Shown piece by piece: positions 48,406 to 57,620 of a stretch of 64,000 bases of DNA; positions within the stretch are counted from its first letter, which is position 1, and each line of letters opens with the position of its first letter. A program made the position numbers and the translations under genes. The DNA comes from Candidatus Melainabacteria bacterium. Its GTDB lineage: Bacteria > Cyanobacteriota > Vampirovibrionia > LMEP-6097. The notes beneath the pieces are model-generated. The model was not told the origin of the DNA, made no database searches, and was given only the letters and a program-made list of their open reading frames with translations. The stretch covers positions 12,133-76,132 of the forward strand of contig JABHOV010000059.1 in NCBI GenBank assembly GCA_018695135.1, read 5' to 3'.

Positions 48406-48444
48406 TCGCGTCGTAGCGTAGTGAAGACGGATAACGTCTCTCTG
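48403..48444. repeat. Family 3-related repeat fragment TCATCGCGTCGTAGCGTAGTGAAGACGG..
   Basis: Aligns with reverse complement of 51425-51464. Confidence 0.55.
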
Positions 48445-48460
48445 GTGCTAGAATAGAAAT

Positions 48461-49189
48461 GTGCTCAAAATAGCCCACCTCTATCCCAAACAACTCAATC
48501 TCTATGGTGATGGGGGTAATATCATGGCTTTATCCAAGCGCCTTGAGTGGCGTGGCATTGATTTTCTCGTTGATCAAATTGATCTTGATGACGAAAAGAA
48601 GATAGCTGACTACCATTTATTTTTTATTGGTGGCGGGCAAGATAGTGGTCAAGAGCTTGTCGCCTTTGATTTACTCAAGCGTAAGAAAGAGCTAAGTGAT
48701 TTTATTGAAGCTGGCGGGGCTGCTTTGGCTATTTGTGGTGGCTATCAATTGCTTGGTAAGAGCTATGAAACTAGTGATGGTTCTATTATGCAAGGACTGG
48801 GGATTTTGGATTGTGAGACTAGGGCGCCAAGTTCTACTGCCAAGTTTCAAGATAGATTGATTGGTAATGTAGTTGCTGAGCTTTTACTGGATATTGAGCC
48901 TAAGACTCTTGTTGGTTTTGAGAATCATTCTGGCAGAACTTATTTGGGTGAAGGCGCAAAGCCCTTGGCTAAAGTCATAAAGGGATACGGCAACAACGGT
49001 GAGGATGGCTACGAAGGTCTAATTTATAAGAATTTAATTGGGACTTATTTACATGGCAGTGTCTTGCCAAAGAATCCACATTTGACAGATGAATTATTAA
49101 GAAGAGCAATTGCTTTTGCCGGACTGGAGCTTGAACTCAAGCTATTGGATGATCAAATCGAAACCAGAGCGCATGAGGCTTTGCTATGA
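48461..49189 (+). CDS. GatD-like type 1 glutamine amidotransferase (CobB/CobQ-like GATase; lipid II isoglutaminyl synthase glutaminase subunit family)
   Basis: LNLYGDGGNI, FFIGGGQD, ICGGYQLLGK, GFENHSGRTY, GYGNNGEDG, LHGSVLPKNP motifs. Confidence 0.7.
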   Translation: MLKIAHLYPKQLNLYGDGGNIMALSKRLEWRGIDFLVDQIDLDDEKKIADYHLFFIGGGQDSGQELVAFDLLKRKKELSDFIEAGGAALAICGGYQLLGKSYETSDGSIMQGLGILDCETRAPSSTAKFQDRLIGNVVAELLLDIEPKTLVGFENHSGRTYLGEGAKPLAKVIKGYGNNGEDGYEGLIYKNLIGTYLHGSVLPKNPHLTDELLRRAIAFAGLELELKLLDDQIETRAHEALL

Positions 49190-50052
49190 CCTACTTGATT
49201 GAAGCTGATGACTTGGTTGCAACAGTGCCTGGGACTTTGACATTGAAAGATTTGGATAGTGATTTAATTCAACAGTGTTTAATTTCTACTTTGCTTGCTC
49301 CAGCTCATTATACAATTGCACAAATCTTGGCAGAGGATTGGGGACATGACGCTAGGCAGGTTCTGGGACTTGGTTTGAAACATGCCAGTGGCTTGCATAC
49401 CAAAACCGGCGGCAAGGTAATCAAAAATGTATCTGGTTATGATTTGAGTAAAATATATTTAGGTAGTTGCGAATCCTTGGCAAAGATTGAAACAGCAAGT
49501 TTGCGTTTGGAGAAACTACCATTATTGATTTGTGAATTGAGCTTGAAGCTTGAACGAGAACTTGATCTTGACTTGATTGTTTTTTTGCACAAAATAGCGA
49601 CGATGGATTTTGATGAGAGTTTTGATGTGGAATTAAATATGCTCGGTGAGATCAAGTTGAGTTTTACTGCCACAAGTAAAGAACTCATGGCTTTGAAACA
49701 AGCTCGCTTGGCTAGAAGGCTAGAAGGTTTTTGGGATCATGAACTTAGTTTGGATTTTGTGGTACAGCCTTATAAAAAACAATACCCCAGTACTGATTTA
49801 AGGATTGAAATTCATGGAGTTTTGACGACTTTGCTCAATACCGCAAAGTCATTAGGGCAGCCTTGTCAGATCTACCCCAAGAGAGGCTATCTACTGTTAG
49901 AGTCTTCTGTCCAGAATTTAAAAAAGCTAGATGATTGTTACTACTATGTTTATCCCAAGACCGATGAAAACAAAAAACTAGAAACCCAGTTGAACGATAC
50001 TGATAACGCAGAGTTGGATTTATTCAAACAACTCCAAAAGGATTTTGCTTAA
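49186..50052 (+). CDS. GlcE-like FAD-binding subunit lacking the N-terminal part of the FAD_binding_4 domain
   Basis: KTGGKVIKNVSGYDLSKIYLGS motif of glycolate oxidase GlcE; starts where GlcE homologs are ~90 aa in. Confidence 0.55.
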   Translation: MTYLIEADDLVATVPGTLTLKDLDSDLIQQCLISTLLAPAHYTIAQILAEDWGHDARQVLGLGLKHASGLHTKTGGKVIKNVSGYDLSKIYLGSCESLAKIETASLRLEKLPLLICELSLKLERELDLDLIVFLHKIATMDFDESFDVELNMLGEIKLSFTATSKELMALKQARLARRLEGFWDHELSLDFVVQPYKKQYPSTDLRIEIHGVLTTLLNTAKSLGQPCQIYPKRGYLLLESSVQNLKKLDDCYYYVYPKTDENKKLETQLNDTDNAELDLFKQLQKDFA

Positions 50053-51344
50053 TGGACGCAGCGACGATTAATGAAACGATTAAGGCTTGTATTCATTGCG
50101 GTATCTGCCTGCCAGCCTGCCCGACTTATCAGGTAACAGGTAATGAAGGACATTCGCCGCGTGGAAGATTGTACTTAATTAATGATCTCTTGACTAATGA
50201 GACTGGAGCCAGGGAAGATGTCGTTGAGTATTTGGATGGCTGCCTTGAATGCTCCGCCTGTGAAACGGTCTGTCCATCAGGTGTTGACTATGTCAATATT
50301 CTTGAATATGCTCGCCATGAATTGGGTCTGAGCAATTACACTAAGGGCTTTATGGCTGCTGTTAGACGCCTGGTGTTCCAGTATTTATTGCCGAATAGAG
50401 TCTTGTTGAATCTGGCAAGAGTGATGGGGCGTTTTTTGCCTTTGCGGTTATTCAATAAGCTAGCGCCGGGTTTTGATTTTGAATACAAAAAAATCAAGAC
50501 GGATTATATTTATAAATCTCAAAGTCGGACTTCGCGGACAGTCTCCATGCCACTGGGTTGTGTAATGGATACGATTTATAATGATGTGCATTGGGATAGT
50601 ATTCAAGTACTCAACGCTTTTGGTTATGATGTCTATATACCTGAAACTCAGTGCTGCGGTGCTCTTGCTTATCATAGTGGTGAAAACAAACTTGGTGAAA
50701 AACAGCTTGAGGAAACCACGTCGATACTAGCTAAGCATCAGTATCCAGTAGTAATGAACTCAGCGGGTTGTGGGGCTTTTATTAAAAATCATTCTGATTT
50801 AGAATCGATGGATTTAATTGAGGCTTTGAAACAAGCACCGTCATTGCGAGGAGCAGACGCGGCGCGGCAATCTAACGCAGGGGACTGGATTGCCACGCAC
50901 TCTTTGAGTGCTCGCAATGATGAAATAATTTATGCCGTTTACCACCCTGCCTGTCATCTCAATCATAAGCAAGGAGTCTCGCAAGACTATGTTGAATTGT
51001 TGAAAAGAATCCCAAGTTTGGAATTAATACCACTACATGAAGCAGACCTTTGTTGCGGCTCGGCTGGATTTTATAATTTAATTCAAAGCAAGCTTGCTGG
51101 TGAGATTGGTAAACGTAAGGCAGAGAATATTACATCGTCATTGCGAGCGTTAGCGAAGCAATCTAATGCAAGATCCAAGGGCGCGGCAATTAAATTCTCT
51201 GTATTAGATTGCTTCGCTAACGCTCGCAATGACGTGATTGTACTTACTGCAAATCCCGGTTGCATGTCTCAAATCCAAGCTCACTTGGGTGATGAATATC
51301 AAGTTATGCATCCTATTAGTTTGATTAAGCAATACTTGAATTAG
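50052..51344 (+). CDS. glcF: Glycolate oxidase iron-sulfur subunit GlcF-like with two in-frame family-3 repeat insertions
   Basis: Two CxxCxxCxxxCP ferredoxin motifs, two CCG domains. Confidence 0.8.
   Translation: MDAATINETIKACIHCGICLPACPTYQVTGNEGHSPRGRLYLINDLLTNETGAREDVVEYLDGCLECSACETVCPSGVDYVNILEYARHELGLSNYTKGFMAAVRRLVFQYLLPNRVLLNLARVMGRFLPLRLFNKLAPGFDFEYKKIKTDYIYKSQSRTSRTVSMPLGCVMDTIYNDVHWDSIQVLNAFGYDVYIPETQCCGALAYHSGENKLGEKQLEETTSILAKHQYPVVMNSAGCGAFIKNHSDLESMDLIEALKQAPSLRGADAARQSNAGDWIATHSLSARNDEIIYAVYHPACHLNHKQGVSQDYVELLKRIPSLELIPLHEADLCCGSAGFYNLIQSKLAGEIGKRKAENITSSLRALAKQSNARSKGAAIKFSVLDCFANARNDVIVLTANPGCMSQIQAHLGDEYQVMHPISLIKQYLN
50839..50922. repeat. Family 3 palindromic repeat, copy inside GlcF (CGTCATTGCGAG..CTCGCAATGATG)
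   Basis: Arms CATTGCGAG/CTCGCAATG with nested GGCAATC/GATTGCC. Confidence 0.8.
51136..51234. repeat. Family 3 palindromic repeat, full copy: 32-bp perfect arms CGTCATTGCGAGCGTTAGCGAAGCAATCTAAT / ATTAGATTGCTTCGCTAACGCTCGCAATGACG
   Basis: Read in sequence; in frame in GlcF. Confidence 0.9.
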
Positions 51345-52692
51345 TCGTTTGACAAAAACTCCTAGCCACCTTAGCTATATTACCCGCTCCCACTATAAAT
51401 AAATAATCGCAGTCTTGTAAATGTCCGTCTTCTCTCTCGTTTTCGCTCCGCTTCGACGCGATGAAACTTTCAATACCAGGTCTCAGAGCAGCTACCATAT
51501 CAGCATGATTACCTTGGCTAGTAGCTCTTGTATCTATCGGTGCTAAGAACTGCACATTGGTTTTATTAATTGCAGCAACCAGTGAAGCCGAATCAACACC
51601 ATTGATATGCTGACTACGAGCTACATAAATATCAGCAATCAAACAAAGATGCGGTTCAGGAAATTCTTTGAAGACTTCTATAAAATCATTCCAAAATTGT
51701 TGAGTACGTTCTGGGTGATGTGGTTGATATACAAAAACTAGTCGTTTGGGATTGAGGCTTAGAACTCCTTCTAACAGTGCTCGCAGTTCGGTGGGGTGGT
51801 GGGCGTAGTCATCATATACACGAATGCCGTTATAGTCTGAATTGATCAGTTCAAAACGGCGCTTGATGCCATTAAAAGATTGAAGAGCTTTAATTGCAGC
51901 TTCTGTGTTAAGCCCTAGTGCCTCTGCTGCTTTGATGCAACCCAATGCATTGAGCTTATTGTATTCACCTGGCATTGTTAATTGAATGTCGTAGTCATTT
52001 AATTCAGAACTTGAATATCTAATCAAAGTCTTTCCACTCGATTGCTTCGCTTCGCTCGCAATGACGTATTCCTTGAGTAACGCATCATCCATATTAACAA
52101 CAGCAATTTCTGCACTATCAAGAAATTTATAAAAACAATCACGAATCTCATTCAGTCCACCAGGATAGTTCTCAAGATGGTCTTCTTCAATACAAGTAAC
52201 CAAGGCTAGATATGGATTGGTAATGGTAAAGCTCTTGTCGCTTTCGTCACCCTCGAGCACAAAATACTCTCCAGAACCTGCTTTGGCATTACTCTGATAA
52301 TTCGATAGAATTCCACCTACTGCAAAACTAGGATCAAAACCAGTCTCAACTAAAATATGTGCAAGCATCGCTGAGCAAGTGGTTTTGCCATGAGTGCCCG
52401 AGATGACAATTTGTTTGTGTCCTTGAGATAAATAATTCAGCATATCTCTGCGGTGCCAAACAGGCAAGCTGCGAGATTTGAGTTCGAGGTAATCAGCATC
52501 ACCGATACCAATTGCAGTACTGCGCACTACTAAGTCAATATCATTATCGAGTGGATCATTCTCTGTGTAACTTAAATCACTTTTAGAAATTTTGACCTCT
52601 GGTTTTTGCTGAGCAAGGATTTTAACCAGTGCAGACATACCGATGCCTTCGGCACCTAAAAATCTTGCATGTTTAAATCTCTCTTGAGACAT
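51325..52692 (-). CDS. murC: UDP-N-acetylmuramate--L-alanine ligase with two family-3 repeat fragments in frame
   Basis: ISGTHGKTTCSAML, DDYAHHPTE, C-terminal VGAGNIAK. Confidence 0.85.
   Translation of the reverse strand: MSQERFKHARFLGAEGIGMSALVKILAQQKPEVKISKSDLSYTENDPLDNDIDLVVRSTAIGIGDADYLELKSRSLPVWHRRDMLNYLSQGHKQIVISGTHGKTTCSAMLAHILVETGFDPSFAVGGILSNYQSNAKAGSGEYFVLEGDESDKSFTITNPYLALVTCIEEDHLENYPGGLNEIRDCFYKFLDSAEIAVVNMDDALLKEYVIASEAKQSSGKTLIRYSSSELNDYDIQLTMPGEYNKLNALGCIKAAEALGLNTEAAIKALQSFNGIKRRFELINSDYNGIRVYDDYAHHPTELRALLEGVLSLNPKRLVFVYQPHHPERTQQFWNDFIEVFKEFPEPHLCLIADIYVARSQHINGVDSASLVAAINKTNVQFLAPIDTRATSQGNHADMVAALRPGIESFIASKRSENEREDGHLQDCDYLFIVGAGNIAKVARSFCQTTNSSIA
51425..51464. repeat. 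Family 3-related fragment inside murC 3' region
   Basis: Reverse complement TCATCGCGTCGAAGCGGAGCGAAAACGAG. Confidence 0.55.
52039..52066. repeat. Family 3 right-arm fragment inside murC (CGATTGCTTCGCTTCGCTCGCAATGACG)
   Basis: Near-identical to 51207-51234. Confidence 0.75.
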
Positions 52693-52764
52693 AAGCTAGA
52701 GTTTACACCATATTTGGATGAGATTATCTTGTCAAGATCATTAAAATAGTTACTTTGTATAAGG

Positions 52765-53886
52765 ATGGAGACATCTTCTACAAGAAATCTTGCTGGACAT
52801 TTAGATAATTTGAGAAAATTAACTCAGGGAATACAGTCTCTGCCTATAAGCTTAGAGCAAACACTTGATCAAGTTGAAACGGAACTAGATATTGCAGATC
52901 CAGTGGATCGAGCTTCAGCCAAGGCCATAAGAGAAGCGTATTTTTCCTTGCTAGAAGCATGTGGTATTCGGTTAGACGGGGAAGTTACCGAGGATCAATT
53001 AGTTGATGCAGAAGCTAATCTTGCTGATCAGTTAAATGAGCAACATGGACAAGTATTAGAACAGTTGCAGCGTATGTTTCAGTTTGCTCCAAAATTGCAA
53101 GAACTAAGTAGTGCGGCCCTTGGAACTATTATAAGTGAAGATGCAAACATGCTTACTCCTCCAGAGACCAACTCTAGTGCTCAGTTTACTTTGGATATTA
53201 GTTCTGAACTTGAATTGACAACTGCTTATATGGGCAAGGGAAACATCACCCAGTGGATGACTAGAGCCAAACCATCTAACAAAGCTCTTGCTAATTATCA
53301 TTTTGTAGAAGTTCAAAACTCTAATGATGCATCTAGCAAATCTGCTTTGGTTAATTTACTTTCAACGATGACTGGCACTGAGAAGAAAAGTTTTGTGAGT
53401 GATCAAGTGCGTTTGGCAGAAGCCAAGGCTGATAAATTAATTCAGCAGTTCTTTTATGCAAGGATCGGTGCGTTACGATCAAGGTCTGTTACTGATGATC
53501 AGATCAATCGTTGTGACGTTGAGTTTGATATGAAGATAGATCAGAATATTTATAATACTTTGAATCACCGTGTCGTGATAAAGCATGAAGACAAGCATAA
53601 GACCTTGCGTCGTTTGTGCTTCAATCAAATGATTATTCCTCAATATCGGGACTGCCAAGCTGATTTAGAAACAGCGATCGTGGATCTGCGTTTAGTTCAG
53701 TATATGGATAAAGCACTGGTAACAACTAGTTCTGTCGATGAACTAACTGTAATGTTAAATTCATTTGATGATCAGAAATCACAGCTTAAACAGCAGTTGT
53801 TTCGACCAGTAGCTGCTGATCCTGTTATTAATTTGAACGAAATTAATCTCAATGATTTACGAGATTTCTTGTTTCTGGATGAATGA
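52765..53886 (+). CDS. Hypothetical protein 373 aa
   Basis: ORF only. Confidence 0.4.
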   Translation: METSSTRNLAGHLDNLRKLTQGIQSLPISLEQTLDQVETELDIADPVDRASAKAIREAYFSLLEACGIRLDGEVTEDQLVDAEANLADQLNEQHGQVLEQLQRMFQFAPKLQELSSAALGTIISEDANMLTPPETNSSAQFTLDISSELELTTAYMGKGNITQWMTRAKPSNKALANYHFVEVQNSNDASSKSALVNLLSTMTGTEKKSFVSDQVRLAEAKADKLIQQFFYARIGALRSRSVTDDQINRCDVEFDMKIDQNIYNTLNHRVVIKHEDKHKTLRRLCFNQMIIPQYRDCQADLETAIVDLRLVQYMDKALVTTSSVDELTVMLNSFDDQKSQLKQQLFRPVAADPVINLNEINLNDLRDFLFLDE

Positions 53887-53893
53887 AATTATA

Positions 53894-54160
53894 CTAAGCA
53901 GTAAGAGCTTTAATCTTGGCGGCTAATCTAGATTTGTATCTAGCAGCGGCATTGAGATGAATAACTTTGCGTTTAACGGCTCTATCAATTCTTGAAAACG
54001 CTTCTGGCAATTTTGCAAGAGCTTCTTCACCATTAGCAGCTTCTATTGCTTGACGAACAGCTCTAATGGCCGTACGCATACTTGATCTAACAGTGGCGTT
54101 ATTGATTCTGTTGCGTTCTGCTGTTTTTACTCTTTTCTTTGCTGATTTTATGTTTGGCAT
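53894..54160 (-). CDS. rpsT: 30S ribosomal protein S20
   Basis: MPNIKSAKKRVKTAERNR..AAARYKSRLA. Confidence 0.9.
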   Translation of the reverse strand: MPNIKSAKKRVKTAERNRINNATVRSSMRTAIRAVRQAIEAANGEEALAKLPEAFSRIDRAVKRKVIHLNAAARYKSRLAAKIKALTA

Positions 54161-54183
54161 AGTGAAAAAGATTGTATCACATA

Positions 54184-54276
54184 GGGTCGTATCCTGACAT
54201 TGGACATTTGCTACACTATATATTATCCGCTGGGCAAAGTTATTTAACTAAAATGTCCAATGTCAGGATACGACCC
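54184..54276. repeat. Family 2 palindromic element, third copy
   Basis: Same 26-bp arms as 16308-16397. Confidence 0.9.
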
Positions 54277-54280
54277 TACT

Positions 54281-55096
54281 ATGGCACAACCAATCTGCAT
54301 TTTTGAACCTGAACAATACGACCTTATTCGTGAGGCTGGCAGGCTAGCTGGCGAGGCTTTGCATCGGTCTGGAGCGATGGTCAAGCCTGGTGTAACGCCA
54401 CTAGAGCTTGATGAATTTGCCGAGACTTGGATTCGCGAGCAGGGGCATATACCTACCTTTAAGGGATATATGGGTTTCCCTAATACTTTATGCATGTCTA
54501 TTAACGAAAATATCGTTCATGGTATCCCAAACACCAAACCGCTTAAAGAAGGTGACATCGTTAGTATCGATGTTGGTGTTACGGTTACAGAGAAATTTAA
54601 GGCTAAGGATTTTACCTATGTTGGTGACAATGCTTTTACTTTCCCTTGCGGGGAAGTCAGTCCTAAAATCAAACGCTTGCTAGAACATACTAATGAAGGA
54701 CTTTGGGCCGGAGTTGATGCGATTGCAGCAGGTAATCACATTAGTGATATTTCCAAAGCAGTTGAGTCTATTGCTACAAGACAGCGTTATGGCAATGTCG
54801 AGGAGTTTGGCGGCCATGGAGTTGGACCAAAGTATCATTGTGAGCCTTTTATCCCCAATTTTGCAGGATTTTTTGATGACTATCACGACACCGAGATCTT
54901 GGTTGGAATGGTCCTAGCAATTGAGCCAATGTACAATATTGGCGTTTCTGATATTTTTAAACACAAGGATGGTTGGACAATTACAACAGCAGACCGCAAG
55001 CCATCAGCTCATTTTGAGCATGAAGTCTTGGTTACCAAGGATGGTATTGAAGTAATTACTGATGTGCGCAATACAAGAAACTGGAAGCCTGAGTAG
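54281..55096 (+). CDS. map: Methionine aminopeptidase type I (start moved to MAQPICIF, outside the palindrome)
   Basis: Metal ligands D..D..H..E..E pattern, GHGVGPKYHCEP. Confidence 0.9.
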   Translation: MAQPICIFEPEQYDLIREAGRLAGEALHRSGAMVKPGVTPLELDEFAETWIREQGHIPTFKGYMGFPNTLCMSINENIVHGIPNTKPLKEGDIVSIDVGVTVTEKFKAKDFTYVGDNAFTFPCGEVSPKIKRLLEHTNEGLWAGVDAIAAGNHISDISKAVESIATRQRYGNVEEFGGHGVGPKYHCEPFIPNFAGFFDDYHDTEILVGMVLAIEPMYNIGVSDIFKHKDGWTITTADRKPSAHFEHEVLVTKDGIEVITDVRNTRNWKPE

Positions 55097-55137
55097 GCTT
55101 CCAGTTTCGGTTGCGTTTACTACGTAAACTGGTTGTG

Positions 55138-55260
55138 GCACTTCGTGCCTGGTTGCGCTTCGCTGTTTCTTATAGTTTTGTCCTTAGAGGCAGGAGCTTT
55201 AGCTCCGCAAGCAACGAACGATAGTGAGCGCAACCAGGGAGCGAAGCGACCATATGCTAT
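55138..55260. repeat. Palindromic region upstream of infA: CCTGGTTGCGC..GCGCAACCAGG plus internal GGAGCTTTAGCTCC hairpin
   Basis: Read in sequence. Confidence 0.5.
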
Positions 55261-55272
55261 TATGTCAAAGAA

Positions 55273-55512
55273 GTGGCTAAACAAATCATAGAAATGGAAG
55301 GCGTAGTAATTGAAACTGTTCAAGGCGCTAAGTTCGTGGTTGAATTAGAGAATGGTCACAAGGTTTTAGCTAATATTTCAGGTAAGATTCGTAAGCACTA
55401 TATAAAGATTCTCCCAGGAGACAAGGTTAAGGTGGAGCTTACTCCTTATGACCTCAGTGTTGGAAGAATTACCTTTAGAGCTGGTAATAGACGTCCGCCA
55501 CCGACAGCGTAA
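55273..55512 (+). CDS. infA: Translation initiation factor IF-1
   Basis: S1-like OB fold sequence [16 protein letters not shown]. Confidence 0.9.
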   Translation: MAKQIIEMEGVVIETVQGAKFVVELENGHKVLANISGKIRKHYIKILPGDKVKVELTPYDLSVGRITFRAGNRRPPPTA

Positions 55513-55663
55513 ATATAGTTTTTGCTGATAGAACAACGATTTTTCTGAGAGTGTCGGAGCTTTAATATTGTTTTAATGCCAGAATACCCGTAAAAATAAT
55601 TAAAAATTAATAGTAGCAAGGTTCGGCGTGATAAGATCTTGGACTTCGCCAGGAGGCAATACC

Positions 55664-55777
55664 ATGAAAGTCAGATCTTCAGTAAAGAAAATATGTAACA
55701 GTTGCAAAGTCATTAAACGACATGGCAGGGTCATGGTGATTTGCGAGAACCCAAAACACAAACAGAGACAAGGATAA
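55664..55777 (+). CDS. rpmJ: 50S ribosomal protein L36 (37 aa; missed by ORF track)
   Basis: [37 protein letters not shown] with AGGAGG SD 7 nt upstream. Confidence 0.85.
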   Translation: MKVRSSVKKICNSCKVIKRHGRVMVICENPKHKQRQG

Positions 55778-55788
55778 TTTAGAATATA

Positions 55789-56166
55789 ATGGCCAGATTA
55801 GCAGGAATAGATTTACCAAACAAACGTATCGTCATAGCATTGACGTATATATACGGTATTGGATTGGGCACCTCCAAGAAACTCATCGCAGATGCAGGCT
55901 TGGACGAGAGTAGTAGAGCTCATGCTTTAAGTGAGGAGGACCTTAATAAATTAAGAGACCAAATCAAAAAAATTCAAGTAGAAGGTGATTTACGTAGAGA
56001 AGTTGGACTTAGTCTTAAACGTCTTATCGAAATCAACTGTTTTAGAGGTCAAAGACATAGACGCGGGCTACCATGTCGTGGTCAAAGAACTAAAACCAAT
56101 GCTCGTACCCGTAGAGGCAAGAAACGTATTGCTGTAGCAGGTAAAAAAGTAGCAGGTAAGAAATAA
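55789..56166 (+). CDS. rpsM: 30S ribosomal protein S13
   Basis: [22 protein letters not shown]. Confidence 0.95.
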   Translation: MARLAGIDLPNKRIVIALTYIYGIGLGTSKKLIADAGLDESSRAHALSEEDLNKLRDQIKKIQVEGDLRREVGLSLKRLIEINCFRGQRHRRGLPCRGQRTKTNARTRRGKKRIAVAGKKVAGKK

Positions 56167-56178
56167 TAGGATAATTTT

Positions 56179-56580
56179 ATGGCACAACCAACAAAGACAA
56201 AAGTTAAAGGCAAGAAAAAAGCAAAGAAAAATATCGTTAACGGTATTGCTCATATTAGCTCTACCTTCAATAACACCATTATTACAATCACTGACGCGGC
56301 GGGTAATGCTTTATCTGCAGGATCAGCTGGTAATGTTGGTTTCAAAGGATCTAAAAAAAGCACTCCGTTTGCAGCTCAGTTAGCAGCAGAAGGTGCAGCA
56401 CGCAAGGCCATTGAGCGTTGTGGTTTGCAAAAAGTAGAAGTAAGAGTGAGTGGTCCTGGAGCTGGTCGCGAGACTGCTACAAGAGCATTACAACTATCAG
56501 GTTTGCAAATTACTGCAATCGCTGATGTAACTCCATTGCCACACAATGGGTGCAGATCACCTAAGCAACGTAGAGTCTAA
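56179..56580 (+). CDS. rpsK: 30S ribosomal protein S11
   Basis: [18 protein letters not shown]. Confidence 0.95.
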   Translation: MAQPTKTKVKGKKKAKKNIVNGIAHISSTFNNTIITITDAAGNALSAGSAGNVGFKGSKKSTPFAAQLAAEGAARKAIERCGLQKVEVRVSGPGAGRETATRALQLSGLQITAIADVTPLPHNGCRSPKQRRV

Positions 56581-56604
56581 ATTTAACCGAAGGGAGCAAC
56601 CAAT

Positions 56605-57603
56605 ATGAACATTGAATTAAAAATCGCAGTCGAAGAACAAGCACAAGAAGATGGAACCATCAAAGGTAAGTTAGTCTTACATCCACTTTATAGAGGCTTT
56701 GGCCACACAATGGGTAACTCAATCAGAAGATTGTTACTAGGTAGACTTAAGGGCTACGCTGTAACTCACATCAGAATCGAAGGAGTTAACCACGAATTCA
56801 CTTCTCTAGATGGAATTTCTGAAGATACACTTAACATCATTCTTAACCTTAAGCAGTTAGTTCTTAAGATGCATACAGACGAAACTCGTACTTTGAGTCT
56901 TAGCACTACTACTGGTGGTATTGTAACTGCAGCACAAATTCAATGTCCTAGTGACGTTGAGATTATCAACAAAGATCTTGAGATTGCTACTTTAACTGAA
57001 GGCAGCAAGCTCAATTTAGAAATCCTTGTTGGAAGTGGTTATGGTTATGTACCTTCTGAGGATCATGACAAAGGTCAATCAGTTGATATGATTCCTGTTG
57101 ATTCTTTATACATGCCAATCAAAAACGTTTCATACGCTGTTGAACCTATCAGTACAACTGGTGAGACATCTAGATTCGACAAATTGATTATGGACCTTTG
57201 GTCTGATGGATCAATTTCTATCAATGAAGCTATTGGACAAGCTGCAGCTCAATTGGTTGAGTTGATGAACCCATTGATCAACTACACTGGTCAAAAAGTC
57301 GGAGTTATCAAAACAGTTGATGAGACAGTTGAAGAAGAAACTAAAGCTGAAGACAATGCTACTAATGTAAGTGTTGAAGAGCTTGAGCTTTCAGTTAGAT
57401 CTTATAACTGTTTGAAGAGAGCGAATATCAATAGTCTTTCTGATTTACTACAACTTAGTGATATTGATTTAATGAATATCAAAAACTTCGGTAAGAAATC
57501 AGCAGAAGAAGTTTTAGACAAATTAGAAGCTCTAGGCTACACACTTCGTGGTAAGCCAAGAGGCGAAGCTGCTCTTGCTGCTGGATTTGCACTTAGAAGT
57601 TAA
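56605..57603 (+). CDS. rpoA: DNA-directed RNA polymerase alpha subunit
   Basis: NTD dimerisation and CTD (SVRSYNCLKRANI) motifs. Confidence 0.95.
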   Translation: MNIELKIAVEEQAQEDGTIKGKLVLHPLYRGFGHTMGNSIRRLLLGRLKGYAVTHIRIEGVNHEFTSLDGISEDTLNIILNLKQLVLKMHTDETRTLSLSTTTGGIVTAAQIQCPSDVEIINKDLEIATLTEGSKLNLEILVGSGYGYVPSEDHDKGQSVDMIPVDSLYMPIKNVSYAVEPISTTGETSRFDKLIMDLWSDGSISINEAIGQAAAQLVELMNPLINYTGQKVGVIKTVDETVEEETKAEDNATNVSVEELELSVRSYNCLKRANINSLSDLLQLSDIDLMNIKNFGKKSAEEVLDKLEALGYTLRGKPRGEAALAAGFALRS

Positions 57604-57620
57604 TTTCATAGGAAAATATA

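Noticed and set aside
55097-55135. Hairpin CCAGTTT..GTTTACtacGTAAAC..AAACTGG after map as a terminator.
   Set aside because: There is no U-run and it merges with the larger palindromic region. It is reported under that finding instead.
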